This document shows, piece by piece, positions 32,298 to 42,028 of a stretch of 64,000 nucleotides of DNA (position 1 is its first letter; each line of letters opens with the position of its first letter). Under the pieces are notes generated by a model. That model ran no database searches, had not been told where the DNA came from, and saw only the letters and a program-made list of their open reading frames with translations. This DNA comes from Nitrospirota bacterium (GTDB lineage: Bacteria > Nitrospirota > UBA9217): NCBI GenBank assembly GCA_963845065.1, contig CAWJQQ010000001.1, positions 928,001-992,000 of the forward strand. The letters are read 5' to 3'. Made by a program: the position numbers and the translations under genes.

Positions 32298-33029
32298 TTG
32301 GACATTGCTACCGCACAAAAACTTGTTAAAGATTACGACGGTCTCCGGGCCGTAGACAGCATAGATTTTACTATCAGGCAGGGTGAGTGCTTCGGCTTCC
32401 TCGGGCCGAATGGCGCGGGTAAGACCACGGTCATGCGCATTATTTCATGCTTCTTGCCGCCGACCAGTGGATTGGTGACGGTATTCGGCATGGATGTGAC
32501 AAAGGGCCCGAGCGAGATAAAAGCGCGGATAGGCGTGATGCCGCAGGACAACAATCTCGACCCAGATCTCTCGGTGATCGAAAATCTCGTCGTCTATGCA
32601 CGCTACTTCGATATACAAAAAAAAGATTCGTTACGTCTTGGCCGCGCGCTCTTGGAATTCGTCGAACTCCAAGACAAGGCCGGGGTCAAAATTGAAGAAC
32701 TTTCAGGGGGTATGAAGCACAGGCTGCTGCTCGCCCGTTCCCTCGTGAATGATCCAGAGATCCTGGTCCTCGACGAGCCAACGACGGGCCTGGATCCACA
32801 CAGCAGGCACGCAGTTTGGGACAAGCTCAACCATCTCAAGAAAAAGAACACTACCCTCCTCCTCACGACGCATTACATGGAAGAAGCAGAAAAACTCTGC
32901 GACCGAGTTGCTATCATGGACTCAGGCAAGATCGTGACCATCGATGCGCCTAACAATCTTATGGCGACCCACGGCAGCAATCTCGAAGATGTGTACCTCA
33001 AACTGACAGGGAGGAGCCTTGCGGATTAA
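32298..33029 (+). CDS. ABC transporter ATP-binding protein (NodI/DrrA-like)
   Basis: GPNGAGKTT, LSGGMK, LDEPTTGLDP, TTHYMEEA. Confidence 0.93.
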   Translation: MDIATAQKLVKDYDGLRAVDSIDFTIRQGECFGFLGPNGAGKTTVMRIISCFLPPTSGLVTVFGMDVTKGPSEIKARIGVMPQDNNLDPDLSVIENLVVYARYFDIQKKDSLRLGRALLEFVELQDKAGVKIEELSGGMKHRLLLARSLVNDPEILVLDEPTTGLDPHSRHAVWDKLNHLKKKNTTLLLTTHYMEEAEKLCDRVAIMDSGKIVTIDAPNNLMATHGSNLEDVYLKLTGRSLAD

Positions 33030-33774
33030 GCGCGCATTCAGGGTCTGGCAGCGGCATTGGCTGGTCTATACTAAGCTATACCGCACGAGTTTTGCTCTTA
33101 ATTTTGCTGAACCTGCGCTATATTTGGTTGCAATGGGGCTCGGTCTAGGCTCGTTTGTAAAGAACATTCACGGCCAGCCGTACATAAAATTCATCGCACC
33201 CGGCATCGTGGCTTCGTCTTCGGTATTCGCGGCCGTGTACGAGTGCACCTATGGGACTTACATCCGTATGACGTTCCAGAAGACATTCGACGCGATCCTC
33301 GCCACTCCTATTAGTCTCGATGACCTCATCTTCGGAGAACTTCTCTGGGGCGCCACTAAGAGCGTGATCTTCGGAATCACTATTACAATTGTGATAACCC
33401 TGTTTGGGCTTGTCGATTCCCCGATCATCGTGTTCGTGGTTCCCTTTGTCTTTTTGGGTGGACTCATTTTCTCGGAACTGTCGCTCATATTCTGCGCTAT
33501 CGTGCCGGGCATAGATTTTTTCAGCTACTTTTATACTCTTTTCATGACGCCGCTTTTCCTTTTCTCTGGTATTTTTTTCCCTCTAGATGCCATGCCACGT
33601 ATTGTCACCGATCTTGCCTTCTTTACGCCGCTTTACCACCTGGTTAACATCTGCCGAGCTTTTTCCTCGGGCACGGTCATGAATGCCCTCTGGAGCATTG
33701 TCTGGCTCGTTGTCGTTACTGCAATACTTGCACCGTTCCCTTTCAGGCTTATGCAAAGAAGGGTTATCCCATGA
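33019..33774 (+). CDS. ABC-2 type permease (NodJ-like)
   Basis: Six TM helices; FIAPG, ILATP, FLFSGIFFP, TPLYH; overlaps the ATPase stop. Confidence 0.9.
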   Translation: MRIKRAFRVWQRHWLVYTKLYRTSFALNFAEPALYLVAMGLGLGSFVKNIHGQPYIKFIAPGIVASSSVFAAVYECTYGTYIRMTFQKTFDAILATPISLDDLIFGELLWGATKSVIFGITITIVITLFGLVDSPIIVFVVPFVFLGGLIFSELSLIFCAIVPGIDFFSYFYTLFMTPLFLFSGIFFPLDAMPRIVTDLAFFTPLYHLVNICRAFSSGTVMNALWSIVWLVVVTAILAPFPFRLMQRRVIP

Positions 33775-34691
33775 TTGCCTACTCCATCCTTGGGAGGCGG
33801 CCATCGAAGATTCTACGGAGACATCCAATTCGCTGACAGCGGGGTCGTTCTTATTTCTCGATTGCGACTATTCGAACCTGTCAGTCGTTCTTAAGGAGCA
33901 CCGGCCATATTCAGACAGGCCAACATGGGCAGGCAGATAGAGTAAACAAAGAAAGGCCTTCAATTATAACTCGAAGTCACCATTATATAGGAATCAGTTA
34001 ATGGCAGGCCCGTTCGATCTGGTGTACCTTAACCGTGTGACCTCTAACGACGTAACGCGAGTAATCGGAGTCCAGTGAAAACCAGTTGTCCTGATCGTGG
34101 GTGAAGCACAAAGAATGAGGGACAAGCAAGTGCTACGGTGTTGTATATCTCGATGCCTCGCTACAAAGCTGAAAACGCAGGTGGTAAAGTAACTGAGATT
34201 TATACCATAGTACGAATCTTTCATAGACATGCCACTTCGAAAAAATTAAAAAGAAGCCTCTCTTGCAACGACAGCATATTTGCGAATGGGAGGTACATGC
34301 TCAACGCGACGCCTATTTCGCATTCCTTGCAAAATATGTTTTCAAGGATGTCCTCGACACACACCGGTCTACCAAAGATTGACCGGGTGCAAACCTGCTC
34401 CTGGAACGGGCGACGTTGAGAGTGCAACAGCAAGGGCAATTGGTCGGATCCATCGGCCAGCTTCGGTATCGTGCCAGATAACAGCACAAACCGGACATAG
34501 CTGTTCGCCCCGTTAAAGGCAGATCAACAGCGACCGTGATCGGCAACCGCACATCCGTTGCCAAAGAATTCGCTTGTACTGCCATCGGAACGCACTAGTT
34601 CTAACTATGTGGAGTGGTCAGTGCGAAGTCTAGATGGCACCAGCCATAATTTCTGGCCTGATAGTTTTTTTACTCTTCTTGAGGACGAGCC

Positions 34692-35879
34692 ATGATCAAT
34701 ATTAACAACATCCAGCAGGCAAGAGAAGTCATATCATCATATATTCATAAAACACCGTTGATCCACTCCAATACCCTGAGTATACTTACCGGCGCTGACG
34801 TTTACCTTAAGCTTGAAAACTTGCAAAAGACGGGCGCCTTTAAAGTGCGGGGGGCGTTCAATAAAATGATCCATCTTTCAGAAGGGAAGGTAGTTGCGGC
34901 TTCGATGGGCAATCATGCGCAGGCTGTGGCCTTTGCAGCGTACCAACTCGGCAAAAAGGCTACAATTGTGATGCCCGCTACAGTGTCACTGGTAAAGGAA
35001 GAAGCGACAAGAGGATATCATGCCGATGTCATTCTCTATGGAGAGGGGTTCAAGGACGCACTGGAACATGCGTTACAGCAGAAAGATTCTGCTTTCATCC
35101 ATGCCTTCGACGACGATGAGGTCATTGCAGGTCAGGGGACAATCGCGCTTGAAATTCTAGAAGAACTTGAGCATGTCAATGCTGTATTCGTGCCGGTGGG
35201 CGGGGGCGGGCTTGTCAGCGGGATCGCAACAGCAGTAAAAGCGTTGTCTCCAAAGACTGAAGTAATTGGCGTCCAGGCAGAGGCAGCGCCTGCAGCACGA
35301 ATGTCTTATCATGGAAGCAAAATTGTAGAGCAACTGCCGCTTCCCACGATTGCAGACGGGATTGCCGTCGCACGGCTGGGAGAGAAGACGTTTGAACTCA
35401 TCAATATGTATGTCGATGAAATATACCTCGTCCCAGAGGGAGCAATCGCCAAATCCATTCTTCTGTTCCTCGAACGAAATAAACTGGTTGTTGAAGGCGC
35501 CGGCGCAGTAACGCTTGCGGCACTTATGGAGAACCGGGCACGATTTGCAAACAAACGAATTGTCCTGGTTCTGAGCGGTGGGAACATCGATTTCACGATT
35601 ATTGACAGGATCATCAGGAAGGGACTTGTCACAAGCAACAGGATCGGGGTGTTTGAAGTAGTTCTCGATGACATCGCTGGCAGTCTACATGCGGTGATCG
35701 ATATTATCGCATCCCTTAGGGCCAATGTCCTCGATATCCTTCACGACCGGCTTGCGCCGGATCTTCCTATTGGGAAAGCAAAGGTCGTGTTTACTGTGGA
35801 AATCCGGGGCAAAAAACATCTCGATAAAATATTTGAGGACCTCGCGAAAAGAGGTTATGCTGCAGGGGAAAGAAAATAA
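34692..35879 (+). CDS. ilvA: Threonine ammonia-lyase with C-terminal ACT domain
   Basis: KLENLQKTGAFKVRGA (PLP Lys), SMGNHAQ, VPVGGGGL, LSGGNID. Confidence 0.92.
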   Translation: MININNIQQAREVISSYIHKTPLIHSNTLSILTGADVYLKLENLQKTGAFKVRGAFNKMIHLSEGKVVAASMGNHAQAVAFAAYQLGKKATIVMPATVSLVKEEATRGYHADVILYGEGFKDALEHALQQKDSAFIHAFDDDEVIAGQGTIALEILEELEHVNAVFVPVGGGGLVSGIATAVKALSPKTEVIGVQAEAAPAARMSYHGSKIVEQLPLPTIADGIAVARLGEKTFELINMYVDEIYLVPEGAIAKSILLFLERNKLVVEGAGAVTLAALMENRARFANKRIVLVLSGGNIDFTIIDRIIRKGLVTSNRIGVFEVVLDDIAGSLHAVIDIIASLRANVLDILHDRLAPDLPIGKAKVVFTVEIRGKKHLDKIFEDLAKRGYAAGERK

Positions 35880-35970
35880 ACTGTTTTTTACGAATCAGTC
35901 GTTCTGCCATCCGTTTTAGTGAATTAGACTGTTTGATAGAATTCTCTCAGGTCACTCAACCCTGCTGATA

Positions 35971-36379
35971 GAATTCCCAGACCTGCCCTTCACGAAGGTG
36001 GGGAAAAAACTACTCTCAAGAGTTGGCATAAAGCGATTGCGGTGTACGGACTCGGCGCGACCTCTAGTATGCGTTTTCGCCTATAACGTTCACTAGGGAT
36101 TTCTCGATTTAGCAGGTGCAGCAATGTCCAGGCCGGCTGCAGAACTGCTCCGTAGATAGGCAGTATGGAGACTGCTTCTCCAATCAGCCATAACGTATTT
36201 TTTCCCCTAAAGCTTCGGTCATGGCCTGCGACAGAGTGGATCGCATGTGAAAGAAGTCGACACCAAACTCAAATTCCAGGATGTTGTAACGGCTGGAACA
36301 TGTTTATCGTGAGAACCGGGAAAGGAATTCGGTTAAGTGATTTTAGCACTATTGGGCTTTAGCCCTGAGTAGGTTCAAC
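35971..36379 (-). mobile_element. Possible decayed ORF-less IscB/HEARO (omegaRNA)-type element
   Basis: Minus strand starts GTTGAACCTACTCAGGGCTAAAGCCC, contains GACCGAAGCTTTAG, ATACGTTA, TCTACGG and AACGTTATAGGCGA in HEARO-like order, and ends TTCCCCACCTTCGTGAAGGGCAGG. Confidence 0.35.
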
Positions 36380-36407
36380 AAAGATTGTATAAAGGACAAG
36401 GGAAAGT

Positions 36408-36447
36408 AGCGCAAGAAAACCTATAGGCTTTATCGGTGGGAGGACGT
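36408..36447 (+). repeat. IS200/IS605-type end hairpin, interrupted by the group II intron
   Basis: GCGCAAGAAAACCTATAGGCTTTATCGGTGGGAGGACGT, continuing as CAA after the intron. Confidence 0.55.
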
Positions 36448-37193
36448 TAAAGCGCTGGTATAAGCCGGCATAGGGTCGGGGGTGCAAGTCCACTATATGA
36501 GGATAAGCTGAGAAAGCGCCGGGATAAACCGGCATAGGGCAGAGGGTGAAAGTCCCTTACATGAAAGGACGAGCTGAGCCATCATGGCCCCGAGTCATGC
36601 ACGGGCGGTCGTGAGAGCGCGCGTACAGCGTTGACAGGGGAAGCGTAGGCCAGCCATTGAGCTCCGAAATCACCAGTCCGGGGTGCCAACCGCGTACGTA
36701 CGTCGGGAAGGTATCATAGACGACAACGCTATCAGCCAGTTGTCGGATTGACCCCGTGGAGTTGAAGAACCTGTGCATGTGTAGTCGCTCTATGCTCAAG
36801 CGCCGGTAGAACTCGACGGCATCCGCTTTGGAAGTTCCACATCGGATGGGGAGAGAAGTTTGTGGCCGCAATCTTTACCTGTACGCTATTTTTGCAGTTT
36901 GACATCGGCATTGTAACCCAAGAATGAGTCGAACAAAGCGGCTTGTTCTCACGAAGTTTCGGAGGTTCTTGAGGGAAGGGTGGTGACTTGAGGGAATTCT
37001 GGGAAGTGGTCTGCGACTTGTACTCAGGGAAAGGTGCAAACATTGATCTAAGTTTCTAGGATATGCAAAGCATGAGGCATAGGAAACCCGAGTCATAAGC
37101 TTTACGTGAATTACCCGAGGTAAGGGCCGCATGAAATAATTCTTCTCGCACGGACCCGTGCGGGGCGTCCGGTAACGTACGTCCTACCGCGAT
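36448..37193 (+). ncRNA. ORF-less group II intron (copy 2: 36512-37193) preceded by a diverged duplicate of its first ~64 nt (36448-36511)
   Basis: Collinear with copy 1 minus the nested insert; D5 at 37124-37156; D6 GGGGCGTCCGGTAACGTACGTCCTACCGCGAT. Confidence 0.85.
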
Positions 37194-37270
37194 CAAATGC
37201 CAGACGTAATAATCATAATATTTATCCGGTAGCACTTGACTTTGCATTCATAATTAGTAAGAATTAATGT

Positions 37271-38116
37271 ATGAGAAAGAAATTCTTTTTCGTTGTAATT
37301 ATTATAGGTTTAGGTTTTACATTAAGTGTGGGAATGAAGAGAGGAGGCGAAGTTTTAAGTGTTCGCGATGGAACGGTCAAGACATTTGATGAAATGGTCG
37401 GGGATGCTAAGAAATCCGATATTATTTTTGTAGGAGAACTTCATGACTTTCCTGAGCATCATCAGTTGGAACTAAATGTAATCAGAACACTTTATAAATC
37501 CGGTACACCCTTGGTTATCGGTCTTGAAATGTTCAGGGCTGACAGCCAAAAATCTCTGGATAACTGGGTGAACGGCAGTCTGACTCTGGACAAATTCCTG
37601 CCTGTTTATTATGATAACTGGCATGAAAACTGGACTCTGTACGAGAACATTATTTCCTACGCCCGTGAACACCGAATCCCTCTGATAGGATTGAACATCC
37701 CTGACAGAATAGCAGAAACGGTCGCAAAAAAAGGGTTTACTTCGCTCGATGCAAATGAGAAAAGTCAGTTGCCACCTGAGATCAGCTGCGATATCGATCC
37801 GACATATATGGAATTCATCAAAAGGGCCTATGCAGACCATGCACAATCAGTGGGTAGAAAGTTCCTCAACTTTTGCGAAGCGCAGATGATTTGGGACAAG
37901 AGCATGGCCTGGCACATCGTCCAGTATCTTAAAACAAATCCCGGCAAAAAGATGGTTGTCCTAGCCGGGGTAGGGCATGCATGGAAGCGCGGGATTCCGG
38001 AACAGGTTAGCCGGTTTTTTAAATATCCATCTACAATCATTCTGCCAGTAATCCCCGGCCAAGTGGAACGGGATAGCGTTACTGTCCAAGACGCTGACTA
38101 TGTAGTCCTTCGTTAA
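37271..38116 (+). CDS. ChaN family (heme-uptake-like, Tiki superfamily) protein
   Basis: VGELHD..HH, IGLEMF, AQMIWDKSMA, VLAG.GH. Confidence 0.85.
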   Translation: MRKKFFFVVIIIGLGFTLSVGMKRGGEVLSVRDGTVKTFDEMVGDAKKSDIIFVGELHDFPEHHQLELNVIRTLYKSGTPLVIGLEMFRADSQKSLDNWVNGSLTLDKFLPVYYDNWHENWTLYENIISYAREHRIPLIGLNIPDRIAETVAKKGFTSLDANEKSQLPPEISCDIDPTYMEFIKRAYADHAQSVGRKFLNFCEAQMIWDKSMAWHIVQYLKTNPGKKMVVLAGVGHAWKRGIPEQVSRFFKYPSTIILPVIPGQVERDSVTVQDADYVVLR

Positions 38117-38157
38117 CGCGGCAAACGTTACTCCTACAGTCCTTATCACCTATCGCC

Positions 38158-38448
38158 TTATTTAATTTTTCTGATGAATTCCTCAACAGGAACTGCGGGG
38201 AGGGACATAAGCTGCACTGATCCTCGCGAACCAATCTCAACGGACATCCTCATTACAGTTTCATTGTCGGGAGCTTCGACGATATTCACGAAATCGTAGG
38301 GCCCCATCACGACATACTGCTTAAGAATTTTTACTCCCATTGCCTCGATCTCCCGGTTGACTTCCTGGATACGTTCAGGTTTCTGTTTGATGGTCCTTCT
38401 CCCCTCGTCAGTCAGATTGCTTAGAATTACATAATGTGAATGTGCCAT
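38158..38448 (-). CDS. GYD domain protein
   Basis: L...TDEG, MGPYDFVNIVEAPD; GGAGG RBS. Confidence 0.88.
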   Translation of the reverse strand: MAHSHYVILSNLTDEGRRTIKQKPERIQEVNREIEAMGVKILKQYVVMGPYDFVNIVEAPDNETVMRMSVEIGSRGSVQLMSLPAVPVEEFIRKIK

Positions 38449-39347
38449 AGTAAAGCCCTCCTTTTCATTAAACTTTTGAAATATAGCTGAGATCTTGTTA
38501 ATACGTATGATTTAGTCATCTTGATTGCCTCTCTTTTCCAAGTATAACTGTTTTTTGAATGGCCTAAGGGAAAACATTTAGTTAACGCTATAATCGACTT
38601 AGAATTCCACCAGTTTTGTGCCAGCAGGAATTTAAATTGGATCTTCTGGACATCCCCGCGGTGCTCAAAGGAGCATTCATGTTTCTTGGAATATTACATG
38701 AACACTATCAGCCAATATTAGAATCTGGCTGCGGTTTTAGAAATAATTGGTGATCCTGCAACCCCGGACAGACGGTCATCAAAAAACCCCGCCAACTTAC
38801 TCTAAACGATGCCTTAAAACCGTACAATCAATCTTACCACATGCCGAATGCGGATCATACATGTGCGCGGATATGCGGCAGAGGCACTATGACATCGGTT
38901 GAAAATATACTGTACGTGTTGGAACCTTTGAAAACCATGAAACAAAATGCATGATCGAATATAGTCTCACATATTATGGCAGTCAGTACTAGATACACTC
39001 AAAGGCTAGGGGGTCGTATTAATTGGAATGGTCTCCATTACTAGAGGCGACTTTGTCCAAAATAGCAATAATTTCAAAATTATGATAAACTAAGCGAAAA
39101 AGTTGTTGGGCTTTGCATATGAATGTTCAGATATAAAGGAAGCACAGTACCGAGGCCAAATGCTGGAACGCTACAGAAAAAATGAAATTCGAAGAGGACT
39201 GATGCAGTAAAGAGGTTTATAATCGCGGTGTTTAACGTAAGATTATTCACCTTGCCTTTCATGTCGAGTTGTGATATATAAAACTATGAATGAATTATAT
39301 TCTCAATAATTGGATGAGATAACAAGCAGTCGTGAACGATAATAAAA

Positions 39348-39524
39348 ATGAAGGAAACAGGTAAATCAAAGAAGCAGCGTCAAGCGAGTTCAAATGTCAG
39401 ACCAGTATGTGGTACATTGTCCTATCTAGCCGAATGCCGTGGACTGACGAAAAAGGCTGAGGTGTCACGGTGGGCAGCACCACCTGAAAAAATTAATATC
39501 GTTCGCAAGTATCCCGCCACTTGA
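39348..39524 (+). CDS. Candidate 58-aa small protein or leader peptide (below the ORF-track cut-off)
   Basis: Open frame MKETGKSKKQRQASSNVRPVCGTLSYLAECRGLTKKAEVSRWAAPPEKINIVRKYPAT; no clear RBS. Confidence 0.3.
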   Translation: MKETGKSKKQRQASSNVRPVCGTLSYLAECRGLTKKAEVSRWAAPPEKINIVRKYPAT

Positions 39525-39548
39525 TAAGACGGCGGGTTTTTTTGTTTT
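39511..39548 (+). terminator. Intrinsic terminator upstream of the cooT-like gene
   Basis: CCCGCC / GGCGGG stem followed by TTTTTTTGTTTT. Confidence 0.8.
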
Positions 39549-39582
39549 ATGCTGTTTCTGTAAAAAGGAAGAGGACTAAAAC

Positions 39583-39771
39583 GTGTGCGATCTAAAAGCT
39601 TATGTCAGAAAGGGTGACAAGGAAGAGTTATTGCTTGAGTCGGTCAATCTCATTCGAGCGGAACATGGTGAGGTAACCGTCAGAAACCTTTTTGGTGAAG
39701 AAAAGAAAGTCCGCGGTGAGGTACGAGAAGTCTCGCTCGCCAAGAACCGTCTTGTGGTGGAGCAGGTTTGA
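39583..39771 (+). CDS. CooT family nickel-binding protein
   Basis: 62 aa starting MC, with EELLLESV and RNLFGEEKKV; GAGGA RBS, GTG start. Confidence 0.8.
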   Translation: MCDLKAYVRKGDKEELLLESVNLIRAEHGEVTVRNLFGEEKKVRGEVREVSLAKNRLVVEQV

Positions 39772-39833
39772 TCGGCACGATGTGCTTCTCTGTAGCAATT
39801 CTCTCATGCGTCTTGCTACGGCATCAATCAATA

Positions 39834-40844
39834 TCATTGTGTTGAAAGACTTATAACCCTCTTGCCGTGAATACTGCTATCCCCGACGATGCGAACATTG
39901 TTTAGTTTGAATTCTTTTATGAGTGTTTTTATATTGCAACGCCGCTGACCTATGGCGGAAGATATATCCTTGGGGTTAACTGAGAAGTCTGCAATACTAT
40001 ACGTTCCAGTTCGCTTCTTGAGTGCGGACCGCATTCCATCCAGAAAAATCGAGGAATCAACGAGCTGTCTAAATGCCGGGTGAAATGGGCCGGCAAGGAC
40101 AGTGCCCGGTTTCCCCAACTCTTTCGTTGGTTGCAGCCCTACCCGGATTACAGCAATACCCGCGCGTTCAAGTTTTATGATTGCATCGGAGCATAAGGCT
40201 ATGGCCTCATCGAGTGTGAGAGGAAGATAGCATCCGTTTCTGAAAAGTATCTCAAGTGGTGTGCCTTTGATTACGAGCACAGGATAGAGCCGGACGAAGT
40301 CGGGTTTCATAACGATAACGTTACCGATGGTTTTTTTTATAAAGTCGTTCGCTGTATCGCCAGGGAGACCAGGCATGAGTTGAAGCCCAAATCCAAATCC
40401 ATACTCCTTAAGAAGTTCTACCGCGTTTATGATATCATCAGCCTTATGACCGCGCCCAGATCTGATCAATACGCCGTCATCAATGGATTGGGCGCCGAGT
40501 TCAATGACCCTGACGTGATGCTCTCTGAGGAGTGTTAAAATCTCATTGCTGATGCAGTCAGGGCGCGTGGAAAGTCTGATACTGTGGACGCTTCCTTTCT
40601 GAATAAAAGGGTCGACAGCTTCGAGATAGGCTTGCTGTACTGCGACTGGCAGCGCAGTAAAACTCCCTCCGTAGAACGCAATTTCGACAGGTTCATTGGA
40701 ATCGTGAGTGCTTAAATGACGATTGATCTTACCAGGGATAGCTAACACGTCGTCGGGTTGGTTCTGGCCAGTAATATTTCTCTGGTTGCAAAATACGCAC
40801 TGGTGCAGACATCCGGAATGGGGGATGAAAAAAGGGATGATCAT
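39834..40844 (-). CDS. Radical SAM protein (ELP3/YhcC-like); start uncertain
   Basis: IPHSGCLHQCVFCNQ (CxxxCxxC), FYGGSFT, STRPD, ELGAQS, AGPFHPAF; downstream of rnc. Confidence 0.9.
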   Translation of the reverse strand: MIIPFFIPHSGCLHQCVFCNQRNITGQNQPDDVLAIPGKINRHLSTHDSNEPVEIAFYGGSFTALPVAVQQAYLEAVDPFIQKGSVHSIRLSTRPDCISNEILTLLREHHVRVIELGAQSIDDGVLIRSGRGHKADDIINAVELLKEYGFGFGLQLMPGLPGDTANDFIKKTIGNVIVMKPDFVRLYPVLVIKGTPLEILFRNGCYLPLTLDEAIALCSDAIIKLERAGIAVIRVGLQPTKELGKPGTVLAGPFHPAFRQLVDSSIFLDGMRSALKKRTGTYSIADFSVNPKDISSAIGQRRCNIKTLIKEFKLNNVRIVGDSSIHGKRVISLSTQ

Positions 40845-40917
40845 AGGAACGGTAGATTCGTGGGTAGATAGGAGACAGGAGAAAAACAGGATTTCCCCTC
40901 CTTTACCCACATTTTAG

Positions 40918-41320
40918 CAACAAGAAAGACCCTGGCTTTAGCCATGGGATGACTTGCTGTGCGGCTGACTTTTTCTATCATCAGTATCTCTTTATTATAC
41001 GCTCTTTGAAAAGAAACCAAAGATATGCGGTTCCGGTAAGAAAGTCATCGGGTAAAATCTTTGTCTGTCCTCGACATTGCCGGACTGATTAAGTCTGGCC
41101 AGGTGCTTGCCTGCTCTAGAATGGACAATATAAAGATTGCTGTATCAAGCGACGATCAGTCAGATTCCTATCTAGCAGTTTTGGCACGCGGGCCTGAGAC
41201 AAAGTTGTTTTGCCCGTTAAAGACGTTCAACGACAATCTAGATCGGCAACTTAAAATTGTAGCCGAAGCGCTAGCGGTATTGTCGTCAGAACTCCCTTCC
41301 CTGAGGCATGAGGTGTGTCA
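40918..41320 (+). mobile_element. Non-autonomous IS200/IS605 derivative (both end hairpins, trace of the tnpB 3' end)
   Basis: Left GCAACAAGAAAGACCCTGGCTTTAGCCATGGGATGACTTGC; right GAACTCCCTTCCCTGAGGCATGAGGTGTGTCA; eroded SGQVLAC...DSYLAVLARG. Confidence 0.55.
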
Positions 41321-41331
41321 GTGTATGCTAC

Positions 41332-42027
41332 CTACTGTTGTTTGTCGGCACGTAGTTTTTTTAACGCCTCTTTCGCTGCTTTCTGCTCGGCTTCCTTTTT
41401 GCTTTTACCGATGCCATGGCCGCATACTTCGTTCTTAACGGAAAGTTCTACTTTAAATTGTTTCTGGTGATCTGGGCCGCTCTCGGCCACAATCCGGTAT
41501 TCGGGAAGCTGTTTCAGCCGCTCCTGGCAAAGTTCCTGGAGCTCCGTCTTGTAGTCGAGCGTGTCTCGGGAGGCACAGGTTTTTTTTATTATCTCTTCGA
41601 AGAACCGGATGACGAACGCCTCTACTGATGCGTTGCCTGCATCGAGATAGATTGAGGCGATAAGCGCTTCTAGGCAATTCGCAAGCAGTGAGTCCTTTTC
41701 CCTGCCGCCGGTCTGTTCTTCTCCTTTGCCGAGTAGCAGGTAGCTACCGAGGCCAATTTCCCGGGCAATGGCTGCGAGGGCGGGCTCGCTTACGACTGCA
41801 GCGCGAAGACGAGAGAGGTCTCCCTCGCTTGCATCCGGGCAGTTTTTAATCAGGTATTCACTGATCACGAGACCGAGAACGGCGTCGCCGAGGAACTCGA
41901 GCCGTTCGTTGTGGGCAGGGACACGGTTTTCGTTTGCAAAGGACTTGTGCGTCAGCGCCCGCTCGAGCAGTTCTAGGTCTTTAAACCGGTGGAATATCCG
42001 GTCTTGCATGTCCGAAAAGGAAGGCAT
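41332..42027 (-). CDS. rnc: Ribonuclease III
   Basis: ALTHKS, NERLEFLGDAVL, dsRBD DYKTELQE...GKSKKEAEQKAA. Confidence 0.97.
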   Translation of the reverse strand: MPSFSDMQDRIFHRFKDLELLERALTHKSFANENRVPAHNERLEFLGDAVLGLVISEYLIKNCPDASEGDLSRLRAAVVSEPALAAIAREIGLGSYLLLGKGEEQTGGREKDSLLANCLEALIASIYLDAGNASVEAFVIRFFEEIIKKTCASRDTLDYKTELQELCQERLKQLPEYRIVAESGPDHQKQFKVELSVKNEVCGHGIGKSKKEAEQKAAKEALKKLRADKQQ

Positions 42028-42028
42028 C

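Noticed and set aside
39420..39510. ZMP/ZTP or SAM-I riboswitch upstream of cooT
   Set aside because: Only partial motifs (GACTGACG, GTGG..CCAC, CTGAAA); the 3' CGCCTGGGC of ZTP and the GCAAC and pseudoknot elements of SAM-I are missing
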